Shown in pieces: positions 53,705-64,000 of a stretch of DNA of 64,000 bases; within the stretch, counting starts at the first letter, position 1, and every line of letters begins with the position of its first letter. The stretch is from Octopus bimaculoides (taxonomy: Eukaryota). The notes under the pieces are model-generated. The model saw only the letters and a program-made list of their open reading frames with translations, made no database searches and was not told where the DNA came from. The stretch is from positions 31,031,705 to 31,095,704 of the forward strand of contig NC_069003.1 in NCBI RefSeq assembly GCF_001194135.2, given 5' to 3'. A program made the translations under genes and the position numbers.

Positions 53705-54060
53705 ATCTTTCTAGCTAATCATATTCTGGTGATCTTTGCCTAACTCACTGGATACTTAGTAACCTCTGTCTAGCAAGCTATGTTCTTGGTAACCTCTATC
53801 TGGCTAATCATGGTCTGAGTAACCTTTGTCTAGCTCACAATGTTATTAATAACTTCTGCCTAGCTAACCATGTCCTTGGTAACTTTTATTCAATTAATCA
53901 TGTTTTTGATAATCTCTGTCATGATCAGAGTAACCTCGGTCTGGCTAACGATGTTCTTGATAACTTCTGGTAAGTTAGCTATATCATTAGTAACTTCTGT
54001 CTTACTAACAATGCTTTTACTAACCTGTTTAGCTATAATTTGATAATTTCCTTACTAACC
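53705..54060. repeat. 30-bp minisatellite (consensus ~aacctctgtctagctaaccatgttcttggt), about 11 diverged units
   Basis: Units register at 53761, 53791, 53821, 53851, 53881; one 21-bp unit. Confidence 0.8.
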
Positions 54061-54096
54061 AACAATTTTAAGTTCTCAGTCCACTCACTTGACCTT

Positions 54097-54936
54097 CCAT
54101 ATTTTCTGGCATACAAATCAACATTTTACATAACGAAGAAAATGAAATTTAAACAATCAAATATCATCACTACATTTCACGTGCGGCATGGAATTTTTGG
54201 TCCTCCAAAGATGTTTTGGTGTATAAGTCGACCTACTTTTTTTTTTATTGTAAACTTCAATCTGAAAAATTTGATTTGTATGCTAGAAAATGTGGTATGT
54301 ACATATATTAGACTGAAGGGTACAATTTGAAAGAGATTTAGCAGCTATTTCTAACAGGTCTAGTGACCATATAGAGTTTTCCTTTATTGGCTTATACACT
54401 GACTTCAAACTTTCTGGCATACAAGTCGAGGTAGTATTTAGTGTAAAAAATGCAGTGTTATCATTCAGACATCATCACTATCTTTTCAAATCCTGTGGAA
54501 TTCCACATAGAATTTTTGGTCCTCCAGAGGTGTTTTGGTGTGTCAGTCAACCTAGATTTTTGGTTGTAAATTTTGGTCTGAAAAATTCAACTTGTATGCT
54601 GGAAAATACATGTATGTTTATAAAACTGAGAGGTGCAATCTGAATGAGATTTTGCTGCTACTTCTCGCTTGTCTAGCAACCACGTAGAGGTTTCCTTTGT
54701 TGGTTCATAAGTACAAACTGTATTTTCCAGTATACAAGTCACCATAGTACATAATGTAACTATTCAAACACTATTTTTCCAAATCCTGCTGCATGTCACA
54801 TGCAACAGGATTTCACATGCAACATGCAATATGGATGGTTTAGCTCTCCAAAGTTGTCTTGGTGTATAGGTCCACCAACTTTTTTAGGCTGTAAATATTG
54901 GCCTGAAAAATTCAAATTGCATGCAAGAAAATACAA
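54097..54936. mobile_element. Three tandem pogo/Tigger-like MITEs within a ~310-bp composite repeat
   Basis: TIR ccatattttctggcatacaaatca / tgatttgtatgctagaaaatgtgg at 54097-54295; diverged copies at ~54408-54612 and ~54718-54936; shared spacers. Confidence 0.7.
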
Positions 54937-56064
54937 TAATTCTAAATCGTCTTCCCCACTAACAGCATTGCCAATACCACCATTTCTTGTATTTATAAAG
55001 AAAAAAAAGCAAAAAAAAAAAAAAGCAGAGTATAATTTCACTTTTCTGTTTATCAATCTTACAATCACATAATATGCACATCATCATCACCACCATTACT
55101 TTCATTTTTTTTTTTTTTGCATTGTCTGAGAAAGCAACGAGGCTAAGTAATTTGAGCTAATAACTTGAATTTTATTCTTTGTTTGAGATCAAACTATTGT
55201 GTAATCTTGAGAGTGAATGAAAAAGAGATTAGAAGAGAAAAGACATAAAGTTATATAATGATAAGCAACAATATTAATTATTGTTTCTGGTGTAGGTACA
55301 AGGCCTGAAATTTGGGGAGAAATGGGTCAGGGATTTTGTTTTAAGTTCTAACAATTCAGCTGGCAAAAACAAGTTGTACCTGTTATTCAAAGGGCCAACC
55401 TTAACACATTCTGTGCTCTGCCAAATCTCCCTGAGATCTATATGAAGGAAACTGAAAGAAGCTTGTTGTGTGTGTGTGTGTTTGGTGAAACCTCTGTTTA
55501 TGAATGTTTCTCATCACAAACAAATTAATTGGTTTACAAACAATATTTTAAACATAAGAAGAGTGCTCATTAAGGATTTCCCCTGACCCACTTCCTTAGG
55601 GCTGAGATAAATGAAACTTGGCATAATTATTAGTCCTTCTCTACATAGCCATCACCAATGGTGACACAGTTCTCCCATTGCTTTATGTAGCAGTAAAATA
55701 TCTCAGGTGATGAACAGTGTCTCAAGTTATGAACACACAAGCTGGCAACAAGCTAGGAGCATTAATTAGTAGAAGTGCATCAGTTGCTGTCTAGCTTTTG
55801 CCCTGTGTATATCCCTGCTCGAATTTGCTATGTGTGTGTCTGTATGTGTACAGGTGTGTATGTATGTGTATGTATTTGTGTTACTATCTTCTTGGCTTGA
55901 CATAATGTGGTAATTGTAAGCATCACCATCGTGCAAATGGCATCCTTAATTTTCAATCTTCCACAGAAACATGTCTGGCCAAGAGGAAGTATTATCTTAG
56001 TTGGAAATAGGTGAGGATTTGTGATTGCAACAGGATGGACATCTGCCAGTAGAAAATCTACCAA

Positions 56065-56292
56065 AACTCTTTAGCATTTAAACCAGTCATGTCCAGCCAA
56101 AACATTCTACCAGTTTTATACTCAAACTGGTCAAATCTGGCCTCTCACACCAACCCTACAACACCATTCTAAAAATTAATTAATTATCTCATCAAAATCT
56201 CAAAGTAATAAAATTACGCAAATTTAATTCAAAAACAACATGAATGAAAAAGCATTACTTTTGACAGAATAATACGAATGCTAAAGGGTTTA
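56065..56292. mobile_element. piggyBac-like MITE
   Basis: TIRs aactctttagcatt / aatgctaaagggtt, resembling TTAA-CCC termini. Confidence 0.6.
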
Positions 56293-56777
56293 ACAAATTT
56301 CTTCCAACCCATGCTAACACGGAAAAGTGGAAGTTAAACTGATGCCAGTGATGAATACATAGCACTAGCAGCATAGTACGGCTACAACAATGAAACCATA
56401 ACAAGAAACATCAGAGTATTTATATAGAATAAAGGGACAGGATAACAATACCAATAAAGACACATTGACAGACACCGATAAAAAGTAATAAAATAAGAAC
56501 AAAATAAGAACAAAATAAGAACAAAATAAGATACTATGATAGATCAAAGCCAAGAGACTTTCCTCAGTTCTTGTCCTCAGCTTACATCTACGCAGTCTAG
56601 GTCTATTTAACTATGCTAATAAAAATATCTCTCTATAAAGAGAAGCCCTGATGCTACTTTGTTTTATTGCGTGTTATTCAATGTGCGTAAAATATCTTGT
56701 ATCAAGTGTCTCATGAGTATAAATCAAATATTAAACATTAATATAAAATCTGATCGATTTATGTGACACCTGATATG

Positions 56778-56827
<50 letters not shown>

Positions 56828-57259
56828 CATATATATATATACACACACATAATTACACCCCCTATATANNNNNNNNNNNNNNNNNNNNNNNNNNNNNNNN
56901 NNNNNNNNNNNNNNNNNNNNNNNNNNNNNNNNNNNNNNNNNNNNNNNNNNNNNNNNNNNNNNNNNNNNNNNNNNNNNNNNNNNNNNNNNNNNNNNNNNNN
57001 NNNNNNNNNNNNNNNNNNNNNNNNNNNNNNNNNNNNNNNNNNNNNNNNNNNNNNNNNNNNNNNNNNNNNNNNNNNNNNNNNNNNNNNNNNNNNNNNNNNN
57101 NNNNNNNNNNNNNNNNNNNNNNNNNNNNNNNNNNNNNNNNNNNNNNNNNNNNNNNNNNNNNNNNNNNNNNNNNNNNNNNNNNNNNNNNNNNNNNNNNNNN
57201 NNNNNNNNNNNNNNNNNNNNNNNNNNNNNNNNNNNNNNNNNNNNNNNNNNNNNNNNNNN

Positions 57260-57300
<41 letters not shown>

Positions 57301-57849
57301 TAGATAGATAGATAGATACACATATATACATACACATATATATATATAATGGACTCTCCCATAGTTAGACGATGTATGAGGGTTCAGTAATTTCTTCCCA
57401 AACAACCAAACAGATTATCTGTTTATAGTAATCAAAAGTTTCAAAGAATTAGGGTGTCTACTTCTGAGATGTCAGTGTACATTGTTTATGTGATATGAAT
57501 AAAGAAAATTTGAGAGACAAGAAATAAAAAGTTTTTAATGGTTGAACTCGCAGTAGATAAATTTATGAATAATTGCATGTAAATATCATGTTTAAAAAAC
57601 CCCTTGGATAAAAGAAGTCAAAAGTCAATGGTTGAACATCTGTCATGTTTATGAAAGATGTGGCTTCAGGTGCCACAGGTAAGTTTTGACTTTTTCCATC
57701 CAAAAGGGGTTATTAAGCCATTATTTAAATATTGTTATTCACAGCTTTATCTACTTCAAAGTACATCCTGAAAAATTTTTTCTATATAAATATATGTGTG
57801 TGTGTGTATACACATATACACACAAAACATATATATACCAGGATATGTA

Positions 57850-57909
<60 letters not shown>

Positions 57910-58792
57910 TAAACACATACAAACAAACAATATATACTAGGACATTTATGTATGTATATATATATATATATATACATACACACACACACACACACATACA
58001 TACACACTCATATATATATTGCAAAATAATTATATATATGTATATATGTGTGTGCTGTGTACATGTGTTTGGACATGTATGTAATTTTATATATATATAT
58101 ATGTTACACCCACACACACACACACACACAGATATATAAACAGATATTTACACACGCATGAACTCATATGGTATACACATACTTATATTGCGATGTGCAT
58201 ACATGTCTAAGCATGACTGCAAGCAGAAAGTAATCAATAACGATCTTTGAAATATTAATTCATATTTATATTCTTACAACATCACACCTTCCCACACGCA
58301 AGCCTGAAAGAAGAGTCGGATGAAAGTCAATTGATTGACTGATGCTGGCGTTAGTGACCTTAGAAGGATGATAGTTAAAATCGATCTCAGTTTGATTTGA
58401 ACCCAGATCACAAAATTAAGATTATATCTATCAGGGAAACAAGAAGTTCCACAAGTCATGTTCAAGATAAAAAAAGAAAAAAACCTAGGAGAGTAGAAAC
58501 TGTTTTAAAACCAGTTGGTAAGCGGTGAAAGGATGAGAATTGGCAGAAAGATGAGTTACTTAGTTTATAATCTTAAAAGAGTGTATGAGAGAAGGAAGTT
58601 CAGCAGAACCACCAGCAACATTGTTCCAATCGAGGGTGAATAAGAGACTCAAATTTATAAAAATGAAGGATACATTCAGAAACTTGATGTAGAGGAAGGA
58701 TTATCTGAATGGTTGATTTAGCAATAGATCTAATGTAATCATTAAAAGAATTAGATATGAAAATCAGAAAACCCAAGACAGTTTCAGACATA

Positions 58793-58946
58793 CAGTCATG
58801 GCTAAATTGTGGAACATTTTTTTAGAAATTGAAATTGTTATGCCCAAGTACAATTCGATTCAAATATACACAACATGTATATTTGGGCAGTTAATATAAA
58901 AATTCTAATTTTCAGACCTTATGTTCCAAACTTTTGGCCATGACTG
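58793..58946. mobile_element. Tc1/mariner-type MITE with TA TSD
   Basis: ta|cagtcatggctaaattgtggaacat … atgttccaaacttttggccatgactg|ta. Confidence 0.8.
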
Positions 58947-59916
58947 TAGAAACAGGAAATATCCTCCGAGTTGATTAATGAAAAGAAGTTTAATTTTTTC
59001 ACATTTGCATGTTTGAGAGTAACCAGCCACTAATCATTCAACTCAGCCACTGAATGTAAATCAAACTTAACCAAACCAATCATTTTCACCTAATTAAAAT
59101 AATTTCAGGTTTCTCATTCATACAAGAATATGAAGTAATGTATTATATACTTAATATCTCACCATTAGATATTTGTATAGTATGTCTCTTAAGACAGACT
59201 TTAACAACCAGGTGCTAGTTAGCAATTTCAAGAAACAGCAGCAAAGTCTCTCATCAAATCACACTTTACCATCTTAGGAAAGCATTTCTATCAAAAGAAT
59301 TCAACAACTCAGCATCAAATTGAAAATAGATTTTTCATCTTGACAGACAAGCAGACAGAGTAAAGATATTTGAATAATGACTGCAATACATCTGCTGTCA
59401 CATTTTATTATTAAGTCTTCCAATATCTTTAACATCAGAATTTAATATCTTCCACTGGGTGCCATGATAACTCTGAAGAAGTTATTTCTTCTAATCCTAC
59501 ACCTAGCATATTTCAGTTCTGAAATGTGAAATAAATCGTTTTCCATCCATTACGATGACAAGTATTCATCTTTCAGATCAGCTGAATTTCCCGCTTATTT
59601 AATCAGCATCTAAATGGCTGAATATTCCAAAGACACGTAACATTCAAAAAGAATCAATATTACACAATGTGACATGGCTGGATTGTAGGTACAACCCATT
59701 GGGTGGCCTCTCATGCAATTTCTCTCAACCTACTTACCTGCAACTCACAAAGTTTTGGTTGACCTGAGGCTAAATAAACTAAAAGGCATTTCTCCAAGAC
59801 ACCATGCTGTGGAATCAAACCAAGATCTCAAGATTGTCATGCAAATCTTTTAACTTGGGTAAGCCAATGCCTTGTGACTAGATATGGTAGACAGAAACAG
59901 AAAGAAGCCCATTGTA

Positions 59917-59975
<59 letters not shown>

Positions 59976-60029
59976 ATATATATATTCCTTTCTATATATG
60001 TATATATATGTATTTCATCATCATCATCA

Positions 60030-60305
60030 TTGTTTAACATCCACTTTCCATGCTAGCATGGGTTGGACGGTTTGACTGGGGACTGGCAAACCAGATGGCT
60101 GCACCAGGCTCCAGCCTGATCTGGCAGAGTTTCTACAGCTGGATGCCCTTCCTAACGCCAACCACTCCAAGAGTGTAGTGGGTGCTTTTATGTGCCACCG
60201 GCACAAAGGCCAGTCAGGCGGTACTGGCAATGGCCACGCTCAAATTGTGTTTATTATGTGCCACCTGTACAGGAGCCAGTCCAGCAGCACTGGCAACAAC
60301 CTCAT
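60030..60305 (-). mobile_element. RTE-type LINE 3' tail with (CAT)n end
   Basis: (cat)n-tgtttaacatccactttccatgctagcatggg…ggatgcccttcctaacgccaaccactcc. Confidence 0.8.
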
Positions 60306-61017
60306 AAAGTACATGTATACATATTTACATATATATATATATTTATATATAAACATACTAATAGTAGTTCTTTGACTGCTATTTCTAAATTTTCAGTATG
60401 TTGGTGAAGCAACTCATGCTGATCCCTATATGTTTATAATTATAAATGGTTTACCGATAAAGGTTTTTTTTTTGCATACTGAACTACTTGTCAAAATTGT
60501 TAATTATTAATTTTAATAACTAATTGGCAATTCCCTACCCTATATCTATATATTTATATATATGTATATATATGTATATATGCTTGTGTGTATGTATGTA
60601 TGCGTGTGCATATATCAGATGTTGTTATACACTGCTGGTCACAATGCGCTTCCAATTCTTTCTTAATCACACCCGTCTTTTCCATCTTGGCCCAAATCAT
60701 TTGACAGAATCATCTTCCTATAATAATGAAGCTTTTCCCAATGTCTTGGATACCACTTACCAACTGCACCAATTTGCCACATGTCTGACCCAGTGGAACT
60801 CACTGCAGAAATTACAGATTTTGTTATTTACATAAAATCATAAAGTCTGTTCCATGAAACAAGATTAAGAGACATAATTAGTTTCTCAAATATTTTGTAA
60901 TAATCAATATTTTAGATAATTAACTGATTATTAATATAACTGATCAATGTATAGTGCAATATAAATAGTTTCATATCATATACATATGTATGTATACACA
61001 CATACACACAGATACGC

Positions 61018-61064
<47 letters not shown>

Positions 61065-61222
61065 TCATTATAATATGATTTTAAAGCTTCATTAATTGTA
61101 TGCTTCAAGGTATTATCAATGTTTGCTGTTTTCAATTACTCATTATTTTGTGTTTATGTGTGTTTCATAAATATTTTAAAAAAAAACAGAAGAGGTTATG
61201 CATTATTTTATTTTCCTGCACC

Positions 61223-61303
<81 letters not shown>

Positions 61304-61437
61304 TATGTTACAGCTTTATGTTCTGAGTTCAAACTCTGCTGAGGCTGACTTTACTTATCATCCTTTCAAGGTTTATGAAATGGAATAATTTGGCCGGATA
61401 TGGCCAGTTTAAATGCTCAGTAATATTTTGACTGATG

Positions 61438-61546
61438 ACAGGTACACAGGCAAACACAATTAACAGGTACACAGGCAAACACAATTAACAGGTACACAGG
61501 CAAACACAATTAACAGGTACACACAATTAACAGGTACACACAATTA
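61438..61546. repeat. Tandem repeat: 25-bp unit x3, then a 17-bp deleted unit x2
   Basis: acaggtacacaggcaaacacaatta x3; acaggtacacacaatta x2. Confidence 0.9.
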
Positions 61547-62124
61547 ATGCTCAGGTTGACTCCCTGCCTAAACTTGAACAGCAACTTAGAATGCAGTGAT
61601 ATTATAGATGCCTAAATAAGGATTAGCTGCAGGCAATGTTTTAATCAAGCTCATACATGATAATAGAATAAAAGTATAGACAAGCAAACAAATGTTATCA
61701 AGTCAGATTATGACATTCATATAATTATAAATGCCATACATCTCACCTGATAGCAGTTGTTTACCTGTCTCTACCTTTATTCTATTATATATGTAAATGT
61801 ATATATATGAATACACACACGCACAAATACCCTTAAGAATACACACGTGTATATACGTGTCAAAAAAATATCAATTTCTCCCTCCATCTTACAGTCTCAC
61901 TTTGTCTTTTTTTACACTCATTATTCATTCCCCATCATCTTTTGCTTTTTCTTTTTTCCTCTTCCTTCTTCCACTACGTCTCTCCCCCCCTCTCTCTCTC
62001 TCATCTTTTTCTTCCTCTCTAATCTCTGAATTTCTTCCTACTCCCCATCACCCATTCTTTCATTTCCTTTCTCTCTTTTCTCAAATGCTCATGAATCATC
62101 ATCATCCTCCTCATCATCATCATC

Positions 62125-62245
62125 ATTGTTTTAACATCCATTTTCCATGCTGGCATAGGTTGTACAGTTTGACAGAGGACTGGCAAGGTTTCTACAGCTG
62201 GATGCCCTTCCTAACGCCAACCACTCTGAGAGTGCAGAGGATGCT
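62125..62245 (-). mobile_element. RTE-type LINE 3' tail
   Basis: Same motifs as 60030-60305. Confidence 0.7.
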
Positions 62246-62308
62246 TTTTCTGTATATATATGCATGTATGTGTGTGTATGTGTATGTATATATATACATA
62301 TGAACATG

Positions 62309-62341
<33 letters not shown>

Positions 62342-62426
62342 ATGTGTGTGTGTATATATAGAAATACACACACACACACACACACACACACANNNNNNNN
62401 NNATGTGTGTGTGTATATATAGAAAT

Positions 62427-62465
<39 letters not shown>

Positions 62466-62481
62466 CTCCACAGTGTATTAA

Positions 62482-62537
<56 letters not shown>

Positions 62538-63830
62538 TACATATTCATTTTGAGATCTCAGATATCTTTTATAGATCTTTTGTGATTTACTATGCAGATT
62601 TGACATTTTTTCCTGCTCTCAATTTGACATAACTAGTTGTGTATGTTAAAGTATGAAATCTCTCTTAAGTATAAAATCTTGTTATTTCTATGTTGTCTTT
62701 TATTTAGGTATTATGTAAAAAAAAAAAAATTAATAAATAAACTGTATCTGTCTTCATAATATATATATGAGATTATTTTTTATAAAATTACTTTTGTCTG
62801 TCAGTAAATAGGAGGTGGAAGAAGTTAAGACAAAAACAAGACTGCATCACAATATGGATTTTTCTCTCTTTTTCATTCAAGCATAGAAATTGATATGTTA
62901 AAAGATATATTGCTATCTTTTATATTTTAAAAATAAATATTACAAGAATAAAACAAACCGATAAATAAATAGATATATAAAATACAAAACAGAAAAAGAA
63001 AATGAATTATGATTTTTAAAGAAAATAAACATATTCATCAGATTGTAAAGTTGAGTATTCAGTGAGTGGTGAGAGACTGTTTCTTTGGGAATTGTCAATA
63101 GAAAATAAATGAAAGAATATTATTAAAATTTATATGTTATTAAATATATATTGCACTCAAAACACCTGAAGTTGTATGATTGACAGAAGTGTTAACGATA
63201 TTTCTTAATTATAATTAGATATATAGTGGCTGTGGTATGAAAATATACAGGCATGTGCTGCAAGTAAATAACTCAAAGTATGTTGTAGGCACTAATAAAG
63301 TTAACTGTCATTAAAAGAACAGAAGTCCCGGTATGTGTAAGACACTATGTAAACATATATACTATATATGTAAACGTGTGTGTGTATGTCTGTGTGTCTA
63401 TGTCTGTGTGTCTATGTCAGTGTATAAATATATATACATATATTACTTACTTTCATTATGCAACCAGAATATAATATTAAGTATATTAAAAACTTGTAAG
63501 TCAATACTGCGTCCTATCTGTGTTAGCAGTGTGATTCTATTACTTTTTAAAAGTTATTTCTACAGGTTTTCTATGGAATTTAGCATCAGCACTGAAAGTT
63601 AGAACATTTCATATACAAATACGTGTATGTAAACAATACTGTCAAAGACAGAAAAATAGGCAAAGGGTGTATATGCATATCTCAATAGTTACTGCTTCTT
63701 CCTCAGCACCACAGCCAACCCATTAACTATTAATGAACACATTGCATATCAGAAACATCTGCAAGTCTATTTCAAATAAATAAATGTATGTAACCTATTA
63801 TTTCTATCTATTATATATATATATTTACAG

Positions 63831-63928
63831 GAGGCTGATTATATAGCTGGTCATAGAGTGGCCGATGGTTTCACATTCATAAGCACTTGTGAAGCTATTG
63901 TTCACTCTATGACCATATAACCGACCTC
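63831..63928. ncRNA. Long imperfect hairpin: pre-miRNA-like or small foldback element
   Basis: 63848-63875 pairs with 63888-63915 (27 of 28 positions on plus, including 4 GU), 12-nt loop; a further ~13-position basal stem 63831-63843 / 63916-63928. Confidence 0.45.
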
Positions 63929-64000
63929 GCGTGAACACATCACTGCTCTAACTTTTAGGGTATGCTTCTTTTACGGATATATGATCCACTGATGGTATAT

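Noticed and set aside
56545-56590. CUGAGGA…GAAAGUC motif on minus in a possible pLTR-like segment
   Set aside because: Stems I and II cannot be formed; at best a highly decayed relic.
59725-59760. CAG|GTAAGT on minus as a ratchet point
   Set aside because: Inside a SINE remnant, poor pyrimidine tract, and a competing AG 9 nt upstream.
61438-61546. Regular short repeats as a CRISPR-like array
   Set aside because: Head-to-tail units with no unique spacers in a eukaryotic context; an ordinary minisatellite.

Overview
AT-rich, microsatellite-dense eukaryotic DNA with many N gaps. The SINE/LINE repertoire looks like an octopus (coleoid cephalopod) genome; that assignment is by pattern recognition, not a database search. 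The only host coding sequence I can support is two minus-strand exons (16909-16967, 3249-3337). They splice in frame to GVCHYSKVIENASETANFDEIFEWPVARPIESEECLDIHIFNYSKYLNNR, the C2A domain of an otoferlin-type ferlin. No first coding exon was found in 16968-64000, so most of the window is probably two very long introns filled with tRNA/CORE SINEs, RTE-type LINE tails and MITEs. Main discoveries: (1) Three sequence-unrelated short repeats (five copies) carry type I hammerhead-ribozyme motifs, with the cleavage site about 95-105 nt upstream of a (TA)n tract in four copies and about 68 nt in the fifth; four copies lie in the sense of the otoferlin pre-mRNA. (2) A textbook recursive splice site (polypyrimidine-TAG|GTAAGT) at 53563/53564 and a second candidate at 29861/29862. 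(3) A ~98-nt pre-miRNA-like or foldback hairpin at 63831-63928. Almost all ORFs in the supplied track are microsatellite or gap artefacts.
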